Notes under the pieces: generated by a model
Seen by the model: only the letters and a program-made list of their open reading frames with translations
Told to the model about the DNA's origin: nothing
Database searches by the model: none
Translations under genes and position numbers: made by a program
In this document: piece after piece, positions 1-9,363 of the stretch
How positions within the stretch are numbered: the first letter of the stretch is position 1
Layout of the letters: every line of letters starts with the position of its first letter
Sequence record: OV032902.1
Reading direction: 5' to 3' (one strand)
Length of the DNA: 64,000 nt

Positions 1-87
1 TCCATCCAACAAAAAGTAGATGTGACTCGCCTACCGGTAAAAGGCCTTATCTTCGTAGATCCAGATTCATTAAGAATAATCCTATAG
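1..87 (+). CDS. 3' end of a gene starting before the window
   Basis: Frame 1 is open from base 1 (SIQQKVDVTRLPVKGLIFVDPDSLRIIL) to TAG at 85-87, just before the RBS of the next gene. Confidence 0.45.
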   Translation, partial: SIQQKVDVTRLPVKGLIFVDPDSLRIIL

Positions 88-104
88 TCTAAAGGAGAGT
101 TCTC

Positions 105-521
105 ATGCTAATCGACGATATTACCGTAGGTAAGAAAATTCAATTCAATACTTATGGCAGCATGGGTGGACGTACATCTGTTATTGGTCAAGTAGTCGGT
201 GAGAACATCGGCTCCATTGTACCAGAAGCTAACAAGATGCGCGCTTACCATGCTTCTATATACCAACAACTTCCAGAAGACATTAAGCAGGTAGTATCTC
301 AGGATTACCGCCGCTTGAAGTTCTTCACAATTGTTACTCAAAAGCAAGAGGTAGTTTATGTAGCCGAACCATGGATAATGGAATCTACGCTACAGGAAGT
401 ATCTCTGTCATCGGATGTTATCAACGTAACTAACTGGGACAAGTCTAAGATCACTGAGACTGACTTACGTCAGCTTCTTGGTCAGTTCGGCATTGTCGTA
501 ACTAGTATCGTACAAGAATAA
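105..521 (+). CDS. hypothetical protein (position of phiKZ gp49)
   Basis: 138 aa ORF with AAAGGAG RBS, immediately upstream of the DNA polymerase gene. Assigned by position only. Confidence 0.75.
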   Translation: MLIDDITVGKKIQFNTYGSMGGRTSVIGQVVGENIGSIVPEANKMRAYHASIYQQLPEDIKQVVSQDYRRLKFFTIVTQKQEVVYVAEPWIMESTLQEVSLSSDVINVTNWDKSKITETDLRQLLGQFGIVVTSIVQE

Positions 522-610
522 CATGCCTATGTAATACTGTAGCCAAGAGTGCTGCTTTAGCTTCTTGAGTAGGAACATTTTGGGCGATGTTCCGTGGGGT
601 GGATGATGAT

Positions 611-659
611 GGCGTACGGCGTTTGCCGTGCGCCGTTATCTTCTTTATTTTTTTTTTTT
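611..659 (+). terminator. intrinsic terminator
   Basis: Stem GGCGTACGGC-gttt-GCCGTGCGCC followed by a long T tract (648-659). Confidence 0.7.
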
Positions 660-706
660 CTTTATCGACACGCCAAGTTAATCTGTTAGTTACAAGGAGA
701 TTAATC

Positions 707-2878
707 ATGGCATTTAACAACCCATTCTTTTTGCCATTGGATATGTATCAGCGCGACCTGGATTTGGTCGAGAACTATAAAGATGCTCAGGCTAAGCATC
801 TATCGCTTATGCGCAAGATTCCAATGGAAAAGGCAAGAGCTTTCGTAGATAAGCTCGAACTAAAACCTAAGTCACCAGAGATGAAGATGTTACGTCGTCA
901 TCCACGTCAAGACCGACAGAAAGCAAAAGGTGATTTAGTATCTTACCTAGATTGGGTAAGTAAGAACGAAAACATCCTGGCCCCTAACTTAATCAGTTAT
1001 GCCAACCCAGATAAAGAACGAGCTTTTGTAGCTGAGTTCATCGACATGAACCTTAAGATGCGTTCTAAGGTAAAGAAAGATGGTCAGAGTGCAAAGCAGC
1101 GTGGTGATGATGCTTATTCTAAGTTCTGTAACCTACTGCAAGCAAACTACAAAATCCGTAACAACTCTATCTCAGGTGCAACGTCATCTCCTCATAACCC
1201 GCTATACTATGCGAGTGCACATACCACTCTAACATCAGTATGTCGTACCATCACGACAACAGCGAACTCTATTAATGAGAAGATGCTAGCTTCTAACCGT
1301 CATTACTTCAGCCCACTAGTAACTATTGAGAACATTATCTATATTGTACGCAATACTGATATGACTCAGATTTACGAAGCAATCATCAAGTATGGTCTAC
1401 AGATTCCTACTGTTGATGAAGCAATGGCTCTTACGCTTAAGTCTACCCGTAAGTACTGGAAAGACGAGAAAGAAGAAGCCAAGATTCGAGACATCCTCGA
1501 AGCGCTTGACCCTTACGAGTTATCAGCATACATGTTCTGTGGTGACGTTAAAGCATTAACGCAGTACAACGGCAACATGATGCGCGAGATGTACTCTCGT
1601 ATTCTTAAACCTGCTAAACATATCATGAACTACGACGAAGCTCTAGAGTTTATGGGTGATGTAGATGACGACCTAGTGGCACTAGCTGGTATGTTGTTGT
1701 CAGTCGATATGAAAGGCAAGGACCTTAAGAATGTTAAGGACGAAGAACCAGACCTGTACTGTAAGTTTGCATCTACGTTGAAACACGTATACGGCGAAAT
1801 GGAATACTACTTCGATTTCATCCGTGCATTCATTACAACTACAAATTACCCTGCACACCTGCATAGCTTCCCTAGCATGCTTCGTGAAGGCGTTGTAGCA
1901 TCAGATACTGACTCGTCTATCTTTACAACACAGAACCAAGTACAATGGTACTGTGACTCTTTGGTTAACACACCAGAGATGGTATCAGTAGCGGCAATCA
2001 CAACATACTTTGCTTCTCAGAATATCGCACATAACCTTGGCATGCTTTGTGCACAGATTGGTGTTGAACGCAACGCACTATTCCGCTGTACGATGAAGAA
2101 CGAGTTCTACTTCCCAGTAATGGTTGTAACTACTCGTACTAAGCACTACATGGCAATCATCTCAGCATGTGAAGGCCAGGTTTATGGTAAGAACAAAACA
2201 GAGATTAAAGGTGTAAACCTTAAGAACTCTAAACTACCTCCGAAAATCCGTAAGGTACTAGAAGACTATCAGTTGAACATAATGGACGAGATAGGAAAAG
2301 GTAATAACCTGACTCCTATGAATATCATCGCTCCTATCGCACTGGTAGAACACGAAGTACTTAAAGACATTCGTTCAGGTGGTGCAACGTTCTATCGTTA
2401 CGAACAAGCTAAGACCCGTGAAACATATGCACGACCAGAGTCTTCTAACTATGAGAAGATTGAATTATGGAATGCGGTGTTTGGTCCTAAGTACGGCATG
2501 GCTGAACAGTTACCTATTCAGTGTGTGAAAGTTCCTGTAACAATCTCTAAGAAAGCTCTAGCAGCTGACTACATTAAGACTCTTCCTGATACTATGGGTA
2601 AAGCCATGGAACGTCATATGGTTGAGTGGGGTAAGATTGATAAGGGCTACACTAACATGTTGGTTCCTATCGAGTTCATGTCTGATGGAAAGATTCCTGA
2701 AGAAATGAGACCAATCATCGATGAGCGTAAGATTATTCGAACTATGACTGACGCATTCTACATTACGTCTGAATGTTACGGTATGTACTCGTTGAACAAA
2801 CGTAATACTCGATTCTACTCTGACCTGTATACTCGTGAAGAAGCAGAGAAAGCTCTATTCTTTGATGTAGAACTATAA
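707..2878 (+). CDS. family B DNA polymerase, C-terminal catalytic subunit (phiKZ gp50-like)
   Basis: PolB motif B KIRNNSISG (KxxxNSxxG) and motif C SDTDS. Start moved from 587 to ATG 707, which has AAGGAG at 694-699; the 587 start runs through a terminator. Confidence 0.9.
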   Translation: MAFNNPFFLPLDMYQRDLDLVENYKDAQAKHLSLMRKIPMEKARAFVDKLELKPKSPEMKMLRRHPRQDRQKAKGDLVSYLDWVSKNENILAPNLISYANPDKERAFVAEFIDMNLKMRSKVKKDGQSAKQRGDDAYSKFCNLLQANYKIRNNSISGATSSPHNPLYYASAHTTLTSVCRTITTTANSINEKMLASNRHYFSPLVTIENIIYIVRNTDMTQIYEAIIKYGLQIPTVDEAMALTLKSTRKYWKDEKEEAKIRDILEALDPYELSAYMFCGDVKALTQYNGNMMREMYSRILKPAKHIMNYDEALEFMGDVDDDLVALAGMLLSVDMKGKDLKNVKDEEPDLYCKFASTLKHVYGEMEYYFDFIRAFITTTNYPAHLHSFPSMLREGVVASDTDSSIFTTQNQVQWYCDSLVNTPEMVSVAAITTYFASQNIAHNLGMLCAQIGVERNALFRCTMKNEFYFPVMVVTTRTKHYMAIISACEGQVYGKNKTEIKGVNLKNSKLPPKIRKVLEDYQLNIMDEIGKGNNLTPMNIIAPIALVEHEVLKDIRSGGATFYRYEQAKTRETYARPESSNYEKIELWNAVFGPKYGMAEQLPIQCVKVPVTISKKALAADYIKTLPDTMGKAMERHMVEWGKIDKGYTNMLVPIEFMSDGKIPEEMRPIIDERKIIRTMTDAFYITSECYGMYSLNKRNTRFYSDLYTREEAEKALFFDVEL

Positions 2879-2885
2879 TAGATAA

Positions 2886-2909
2886 CCTGCTACCCATCTG
2901 GGTAGCAGG
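2886..2909. terminator. bidirectional terminator between convergent genes
   Basis: Perfect 10 bp stem CCTGCTACCC-atct-GGGTAGCAGG. Confidence 0.75.
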
Positions 2910-2917
2910 CATCTCTT

Positions 2918-3982
2918 TTATAATTCGCTCATGTAAGCATCAATGTTCATTAGCTCAAGTTTCATCTCTTCTCTCATAATATCATCAGACAACTTCTTGA
3001 TAGTGCCTTCTGAACTAATGCGACGAGATTCTTTCTTGTATCTATTCTTCAGTCGACGACCATCTTGGTTATCCGAAGCAATAGTTAATGCTACTTTATA
3101 CGGACGCATAAATGCAGCTGTGTAAGCCCAGTGTTGTTGCATAGGAACATAAGCATCAGGGAACTTAAGATTCATATATTGATTCTCAGTAAATACTCCT
3201 GGGATTTGCTTTAGTGCATCCTCTACTACTGTAGCTTTAGTTAACGTTTTCTTGAAGCGCTGGATTTCTTTGAAGAGATCTTTGCCCACATGAGGGACAA
3301 GCATTTCTCCGGCAGAACCAACCATGTCTTCGTTTTCGTTATCCCACATTGCCAATGGCCATGCGTCTGCTTGACTATACATAGCATTAGGTAAAGTATA
3401 ACGACCCACAAACACGGCAACGTCTTCACGGTCTTCCATAGGCTTAGCCAGATTGTCTTTCATCCAGCGTGTAAGACTTAAAGCGAATAATGGAATATCA
3501 ATGCTCATTACACCGTAGCCATAAGTATGCTCGGCAATATCTGGACGAACCAGATTGTTCTCTGGTGTAGGAACATGGATAACTTTTAGTGGTTGCATAG
3601 ACGCATAGTTCTTACCGCTTATGATGTACTCTGCTGGATTGGCATTATCTTGAGCCATGATAATAGTAGGTACACCACCGAAGAACTCATAATGCGATTT
3701 GCCATGATGAGTAGATGTTGTGAATCCTAATGGACCAGCTATTTCATGGAAATAATCACGAGCGACATTGTATGCCTTCATAGGTTCTTCGATGCGATAA
3801 GAAAGAATTGCGTATGCTAATCTGATTAATGGATTGCGACCACTTACTTGTTTGTAGTTAGTCTGATAACGCTGGATAGTTCTCTCAGCATTAATGCGAT
3901 GTTGGATAAGTAGACGGTCGACTTCTGGGTCAACCTTCCCACCATAGGTAAGAGTTCTCTGCTTATCGATTAGCTTGTACAT
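2918..3982 (-). CDS. conserved phiKZ-like protein (gp52 position, probably virion-associated)
   Basis: 354 aa, AAGGGAG RBS, opposite-strand gene between the polymerase and chimallin genes as in phiKZ. Confidence 0.7.
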   Translation of the reverse strand: MYKLIDKQRTLTYGGKVDPEVDRLLIQHRINAERTIQRYQTNYKQVSGRNPLIRLAYAILSYRIEEPMKAYNVARDYFHEIAGPLGFTTSTHHGKSHYEFFGGVPTIIMAQDNANPAEYIISGKNYASMQPLKVIHVPTPENNLVRPDIAEHTYGYGVMSIDIPLFALSLTRWMKDNLAKPMEDREDVAVFVGRYTLPNAMYSQADAWPLAMWDNENEDMVGSAGEMLVPHVGKDLFKEIQRFKKTLTKATVVEDALKQIPGVFTENQYMNLKFPDAYVPMQQHWAYTAAFMRPYKVALTIASDNQDGRRLKNRYKKESRRISSEGTIKKLSDDIMREEMKLELMNIDAYMSEL

Positions 3983-4017
3983 GATAATCTCCCTTGAGTA
4001 TCGTCTATATAATTAAC

Positions 4018-4047
4018 TTTGAAAAGAATTACACTTCTATATAACTA
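4018..4047 (+). promoter_or_regulatory. candidate early (virion RNAP) promoter, copy 1 upstream of chimallin
   Basis: TTTGAA-N8-CACTTCTATATAACTA. The core resembles the phiKZ early promoter motif TATATTAC; 29/30 identical to 4220-4249. Confidence 0.75.
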
Positions 4048-4219
4048 GTATGCTTATCGAAAGGTAATCATAAAAAACATACCGCAAGTATGTTATAGGA
4101 AGTAGTCATTGACTGCCTCCAGCCTGTCCCGGAAAAAAGTTCAAAAGGGTTTATACCTAATAGTATAGAACTTGAAACTGGGCAACCAGTTCAATGGGAT
4201 ATCTGCCCCATGATGTGTA

Positions 4220-4249
4220 TTTGAAAAGAAATACACTTCTATATAACTA
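4220..4249 (+). promoter_or_regulatory. candidate early promoter, copy 2 upstream of chimallin
   Basis: Near-exact repeat of 4018-4047, 202 bp downstream. Confidence 0.75.
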
Positions 4250-4312
4250 AAGTGGATTGATACAATTGTCAATCAAATCGATTTGATTTTAACTCTATAT
4301 GGAGAACTTAAC

Positions 4313-6226
4313 ATGTTCAACGCACCTGGTCAAAACAAAGCAGCACAAGACAACACAGCTAAGACTGCTGAGACTCAAACTCAAACTGAAACTAACGCTC
4401 AAACTAACTCTGGTTCTGGCGCTCTAGGTTCAATGCTATCTCGTCTAGGTACAACTCACGTATCTTCTATCGGCGATGGCGCACTAGCGAAGTTCGTTGA
4501 AGTAACAACTGAAATCGCTAAAAACGATAACTCTGCTGACAGCGTTCAATTCGCACACGACAGCACTGTTGATCTAAAACTTCCACTAACGCTTTTCTAC
4601 CGCAAAGCAAAAGGCAAAGTGTACTTCTACGCTCTACTATCTGAAGAGCTACTGCACTCTCCTCTATCTGTACAAGAAGAGTTCTTGAAGAACAACTTCG
4701 GCCACAGCGGTAAGAAGATCGAAATCGATTGTCCTGTTTCTAAGTGCTGGAACGACACGTACATCAACACTGCTCGTAACTTCCTAGCAAGCAAGCTAAG
4801 CGTCGATGCAGAAATCGTTGTACCTGTACACTTCTACGCAATCTCTAAAACACAGTCAATCGTTGACCCAGGCATGCCAGAGCGTATCTACAATACTGCA
4901 CTGCAAGCACTTAAGTCTAAGTGTAACCCTGGCGAACTAGTTACTTCAGCTCTATTCAAAGAAGAAGGCATCGAAGTATCTGTAGCTACTGAAATCTGCC
5001 CTGGTACAAACGTTATCATGGCCGACGAGCGTGTAACAGCAGCTGACGCAGTTGTAACAGTTCGTGCATCTGAGAAGTCTAAGTCAAACGACGATATCCA
5101 CAAGTCTGGTGATTCAGTTCTTCTTGCATCTACAGCGGTTAAGTTCGAAACGATCTTCGCACGTCAAAACGTTATGCCTGGCATGGCGCAAGGCTTCGGC
5201 CAACCTGTACCACAGAACCACCCGGTTCTAGTTATCACAAACTCTTGTGCATACGACGGTACTTCTCGCCAAGTTATCGAAAACCCGATGACTCCAATCC
5301 TATCTGTTCTATCTATCTCTCAGCTAGCAGCAGGTACTAACTGGCAATCACTGTTCATGCCAACAGCTAAGAAAGGTCCAATCGCTCGTTCACTAGAAGC
5401 ACTAGGTCTAGTTTACGAACCGTTCCAAGCGGCAGGTGCACAGTTCATCCCGGCACGTAAGAACATTGAGTACGGAATCTCTCCATCTCAAGAAGGTGCA
5501 GTGACGTTCCAGTCATTCATCAACTCTTACTTCGTTCCTGGTTCTATGACTCTAGCGAAAGATATCGGTATCGGTACTCGTGAGTCTTGGAAAGAGCAAG
5601 TGTTCATTGCAGCGGCACGTCGCGATGCTGGCGCAAACGAGCTTCTAGTTAAGCTGATCGATGCGATCACTGACAACAAGTTCTCGCCACTATGGGCTAA
5701 CGCTAAAGATAAAGAAATCGTTCAAAGCAACGTATCTATTATCCACGGCGGTAACTACCGTACTAAAGAAGATGAAGTATCTGACATCCGTTGGATCGAC
5801 AACTTGTTTGCGTACGACAAGCTTGGTGAAACTTGTGCGAACCCTGCTGATCCAGTTCACGCATTTGCGGACTCTTTCGTTCCTGGTGCTACAACTGACG
5901 GCCACGGCCTAGAGCGTCTAGATGCACGTCGTAAAGACATCATTGCACTAGAGCCTACAGCTGAAGGTCAGATCGATACTCTGTACATCCGTGTGTTCTT
6001 CAACCCTGAATTCGCACCGATGGTTGCGGCAGCAATGTCTCAAGCAGGTATCAACATGAACCCAACTGGTCTGACTGATACGCAAGTTAACGGTCAAATC
6101 GCACAGGGCTTCGTGTACGGTCAGTCTGTTGACGCTGGTATTGCTAACTCTGTATTCCGTCCAGGTTACGTTGGCAACCAGAACAACAACCTAGCAGGTC
6201 ACGTACCAGGTACAGTGTACCTATAA
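4313..6226 (+). CDS. chmA: chimallin, phage nuclear shell protein (phiKZ gp54-like)
   Basis: 637 aa from ATG 4313 (GGAG RBS). Lies between the gp52-like gene and the nvRNAP beta' gene, behind duplicated early-type promoters. Codon usage resembles the capsid gene; termini are flexible. Based on synteny and size, no alignment run. Confidence 0.8.
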   Translation: MFNAPGQNKAAQDNTAKTAETQTQTETNAQTNSGSGALGSMLSRLGTTHVSSIGDGALAKFVEVTTEIAKNDNSADSVQFAHDSTVDLKLPLTLFYRKAKGKVYFYALLSEELLHSPLSVQEEFLKNNFGHSGKKIEIDCPVSKCWNDTYINTARNFLASKLSVDAEIVVPVHFYAISKTQSIVDPGMPERIYNTALQALKSKCNPGELVTSALFKEEGIEVSVATEICPGTNVIMADERVTAADAVVTVRASEKSKSNDDIHKSGDSVLLASTAVKFETIFARQNVMPGMAQGFGQPVPQNHPVLVITNSCAYDGTSRQVIENPMTPILSVLSISQLAAGTNWQSLFMPTAKKGPIARSLEALGLVYEPFQAAGAQFIPARKNIEYGISPSQEGAVTFQSFINSYFVPGSMTLAKDIGIGTRESWKEQVFIAAARRDAGANELLVKLIDAITDNKFSPLWANAKDKEIVQSNVSIIHGGNYRTKEDEVSDIRWIDNLFAYDKLGETCANPADPVHAFADSFVPGATTDGHGLERLDARRKDIIALEPTAEGQIDTLYIRVFFNPEFAPMVAAAMSQAGINMNPTGLTDTQVNGQIAQGFVYGQSVDAGIANSVFRPGYVGNQNNNLAGHVPGTVYL

Positions 6227-6248
6227 GGCAAAACGGCCACTTAAGAAA

Positions 6249-6274
6249 TGTCCCGTAGCTTATGCTGCGGGGCA
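6249..6274 (+). terminator. intrinsic terminator after chimallin
   Basis: TGTCCCGTAGC-ttat-GCTGCGGGGCA followed by T-rich sequence. Confidence 0.7.
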
Positions 6275-6319
6275 TAATCTTTTCTCCACTTTTTTCTTTT
6301 CATCAAAGGAGCAACGTAC

Positions 6320-7828
6320 ATGTTGAACGAAAAGGGTCTAGTTCTCAAACCGCAGAACTTTCAAGAAGTCTATGACAATCTTGAGAATCCTCCTATCATT
6401 GTTAACAATCTATCCACGGACACAATCGAAGACGAACGTTTCCTGGAAAGCTTAACAGTGACAACATGTAGCACGACAGACTTGCTGGAGAACAAGCCCT
6501 CGTGTCTTTGTCAAAAATACAATCAGACTCATCATGTTGGTATTCGATGTGAAGTATGTAACACAGTCGTCTCTTCACCAATCCTTCGTGAAATTAAGTC
6601 TGACTTATGGATAGCAGCACCAAAAGAAATCGAGTATCTCTTTATGCCGCTAGCCTGGGTAATGCTCAGCAAACCACTAACGCACCGTAAGTGGAATGGT
6701 CTAGAGTGGATGTGTAATCCGCATAAGCCTACGCCTGAAGTAAGTACCCGTGCAGGATGCAAAACATCTCGTATTGTAACAGCGTTCCGTGCCCTGGGAA
6801 TTCCCCGTGGTCTTCGTAGCGTGATTGCTAACTTCGATGTGATTCTGGAAAAGATCATCCTGAAGAACATGACTAACGTCCAACGTCGTATGGAACTTAG
6901 CATGTTTGTTCAAAAGTACCGTACAGCAATCTTTACTCGTGTTATCCCGCTACCTAACAAAGTAGCAATGGTAATCGAAGAAACATCTGTTGGTACGTAC
7001 TACGACCAAACCATTGACAGTGCAGTCGAAGCAGCTTATACAGCAGCTGGTGTTGCTAACGAAAAAGACGTTAACAAACTAGAAGCTCGATTCACTACGG
7101 TTATGGCTAACTTAGGTACATACTACATAGACGTTGTAACTAACGTACTGTCTGGTAAGCCTGGTTGGTTGCGTCGTGTACTTTACGGTAACCGATTGAA
7201 CTTCTCGTACCGTGGTATCATTACATCTCGTCATGAGCCACATGAGTACGATACACTGATTGTACCATACAGTCAGCTACTCGCCTGTACTCGACATATG
7301 GTCGTTGGTAAACTTGTACGTAAACACAAGTTCACATTGTCGCAGGCACATACGTACATCAATGAACATGCTAAAGATTGTGACCCGTTCCTATGGGCCG
7401 TACTCGAAGAGCTAATTGATGAAACACCACCGCTTGATCCTAAACACGTTTCCCCTGTGGAAGCAGAAATCGGTAGTACGCTCACAACCCGTGAACGTAA
7501 AGGTCGTGGCTTGATTACAACACTAACTCGCTATCCTTCACTTGACCGACTATCAACACAATGGTTCCGCATTGTTGGTATGTCACGTGACGATATCAAA
7601 ATCAGTGTTCTGTGTATCAAGGGCCCTAACGCCGACTTCGATGGTGACATGATGTCTGGTGAATTGATCCTGGATAATGCAGTAGCAGATGAGTTTGAGA
7701 AACTGGCACCGCACTACGGTATGCATGATACGTTGACACCTGGTCGACTCCGTCATATTGCAGACTTGCCATCGCCAACGGTTCAGACTATTGCTAACTT
7801 CATTGACTCGGAAGAAATGGTAATATAA
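6320..7828 (+). CDS. non-virion RNA polymerase beta' N-terminal subunit (phiKZ gp55/56.1-like)
   Basis: Catalytic NADFDGD motif, N-terminal Zn motif CxC...CxxC, GKPGWLRR and RYPSL motifs of beta'. Confidence 0.93.
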   Translation: MLNEKGLVLKPQNFQEVYDNLENPPIIVNNLSTDTIEDERFLESLTVTTCSTTDLLENKPSCLCQKYNQTHHVGIRCEVCNTVVSSPILREIKSDLWIAAPKEIEYLFMPLAWVMLSKPLTHRKWNGLEWMCNPHKPTPEVSTRAGCKTSRIVTAFRALGIPRGLRSVIANFDVILEKIILKNMTNVQRRMELSMFVQKYRTAIFTRVIPLPNKVAMVIEETSVGTYYDQTIDSAVEAAYTAAGVANEKDVNKLEARFTTVMANLGTYYIDVVTNVLSGKPGWLRRVLYGNRLNFSYRGIITSRHEPHEYDTLIVPYSQLLACTRHMVVGKLVRKHKFTLSQAHTYINEHAKDCDPFLWAVLEELIDETPPLDPKHVSPVEAEIGSTLTTRERKGRGLITTLTRYPSLDRLSTQWFRIVGMSRDDIKISVLCIKGPNADFDGDMMSGELILDNAVADEFEKLAPHYGMHDTLTPGRLRHIADLPSPTVQTIANFIDSEEMVI

Positions 7829-7829
7829 T

Positions 7830-7857
7830 AGAGGGGCTTCGGCCCCTCTTTATTTTC
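7830..7857 (+). terminator. intrinsic terminator
   Basis: AGAGGGGC-ttcg-GCCCCTCT with UUCG loop and T-rich tail. Confidence 0.85.
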
Positions 7858-7871
7858 GCTTTGGAGGGAAT

Positions 7872-8237
7872 ATGATCACAGGTAATTTTCTTGAGAATAT
7901 CACATTCAGTGATGACAAGCCTATCGCAATAGATAGTGAGTTCTGGCAGATTAATCGAGATCATCGTTTGTACTGGAAGGATGATGGTGAGACACTAGAG
8001 TTCGTTCTGATTGAATGGATTGGTGGTGACTACGACGATCCAACATGGAAAGATGTTTCAGCTCAGCGCGTCATTCAGTATTCCGCTAAGTACGCAGGAG
8101 AACAGAAGCGTCATATGTGGTGTGGCGAAGACAATGACGATGGGTATCTGCATCTACCTGGTCTTGATGTAATGGCCGCAGCATTAAAGCGAATGGAAGA
8201 AATGTTTCAAGAGCGTTTAAAATCTATATCACAGTAA
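7872..8237 (+). CDS. hypothetical protein
   Basis: 121 aa, GGAGG RBS; no motif recognised. Confidence 0.75.
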   Translation: MITGNFLENITFSDDKPIAIDSEFWQINRDHRLYWKDDGETLEFVLIEWIGGDYDDPTWKDVSAQRVIQYSAKYAGEQKRHMWCGEDNDDGYLHLPGLDVMAAALKRMEEMFQERLKSISQ

Positions 8238-8262
8238 TGACAGTAACCAAAAGGAGGTTGTC

Positions 8263-8685
8263 ATGAAAGTATCAAATCTAGACCGTGCTAAAATCCTACA
8301 AGCTTGGAGTAAAGCACTTCAGTCCGATAAAGTATCTGAGTGGGCTCGCAATGAGTTGCCTACTAAGCTAAAAGAGTATATGGAGTCAGTTGAGCCTAAG
8401 TTCGTACTTAAGCGCAGTGGACAGGAATTCATATTGCTCGGACTGGCTAAGGTCTATAACGATGGCGTAGATGTTATGGTTTACGATATAGCTGAAGGCT
8501 GTACGGAAGTGTTTAATATCTTTGCTGATGTAGAAGATGCATACGAACTTACAATTCACGAGAAAGCCGATGAAGACAAGTACAGTTGGTGTAACCAAAT
8601 GTCGGTTCCATTTACTGGACTGATGTTAGGGTTTGATGAGGAAAATGTTCTTCATGCCTTCAAATTCAACGGCTCCGGCGAATAG
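8263..8685 (+). CDS. hypothetical protein
   Basis: 140 aa, AGGAGG RBS; no motif recognised. Confidence 0.75.
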   Translation: MKVSNLDRAKILQAWSKALQSDKVSEWARNELPTKLKEYMESVEPKFVLKRSGQEFILLGLAKVYNDGVDVMVYDIAEGCTEVFNIFADVEDAYELTIHEKADEDKYSWCNQMSVPFTGLMLGFDEENVLHAFKFNGSGE

Positions 8686-8712
8686 TGTGAATTAACACAA
8701 AGAGAGTAAGCA

Positions 8713-9330
8713 ATGTTTTCGCATAATATGGCTATCGCCTCAATGTTTGGCAAACCAAGTCAAGCAGTACAAGCCGCTATTCAAAGTGCACAACAAAGTA
8801 TCATGGCTACTGTAGGTCAGAATACAATTGGCATGCAACTTGTTCAGCAGGCTCAGCAAGAGTTCCATGATATCAACTATGGTTCGACTGCTATGCAGAT
8901 TGACTCAATGCGTTCACAGCAAGATTCGATGTTCAAACAAGACACGATCATTGCAGTGTGTACGATAGGTGAGATTCAAAATGCTAACCCAATCACACGT
9001 CGAGTAGTTATGGCTACGCCAGACGTGCGTGAAGCGTACATGGATGGTCACATTAATGGTTATGCTGGACTATATGTTAACTCGTCACCGACGGGTATCG
9101 GACAGTCTCATTATGACTATCGTGTGTTTACCAGTGGCGTTGTTCAACACGTTATGGAAGGTGATGAAATCGTACGTTCAGAATCTTCTTGGCATTACGA
9201 GTCAACTAAAGAAGAATTTCTTATCGGTATTCAAGAGAAGCGTGCTGCTAGCATTGTTATGGCAAATGCTGCGTACCTTATCAACAATGACGATTATGAT
9301 TGCACTTCAGTTGATAACGAACTACTTTAA
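8713..9330 (+). CDS. conserved chimallivirus protein (phiKZ gp59-like)
   Basis: 205 aa. Segment MATPDVREAY..GHINGY...Y...P..IG.SHYDYR recalled from gp59-type proteins; position fits. Confidence 0.65.
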   Translation: MFSHNMAIASMFGKPSQAVQAAIQSAQQSIMATVGQNTIGMQLVQQAQQEFHDINYGSTAMQIDSMRSQQDSMFKQDTIIAVCTIGEIQNANPITRRVVMATPDVREAYMDGHINGYAGLYVNSSPTGIGQSHYDYRVFTSGVVQHVMEGDEIVRSESSWHYESTKEEFLIGIQEKRAASIVMANAAYLINNDDYDCTSVDNELL

Positions 9331-9334
9331 CCGG

Positions 9335-9350
9335 GAGGGCTTCGGCCCTC
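9335..9350 (+). terminator. UUCG hairpin (weak terminator or RBS-adjacent structure)
   Basis: GAGGGC-ttcg-GCCCTC with only two T's before the next RBS. Confidence 0.4.
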
Positions 9351-9363
9351 TTAGGAGACACAA

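Noticed and set aside
587-706. 40 aa N-terminal extension of the polymerase ORF (FFIFFFSL, looks like a membrane segment)
   Set aside because: It is the terminator hairpin and poly-T tract read in frame; the RBS is at ATG 707.
4018-4249. 30 bp direct repeats as a CRISPR mini-array or attachment sites
   Set aside because: Only two copies 202 bp apart, the motif recurs before other early genes, and no cas or integrase gene is present; promoters explain it.
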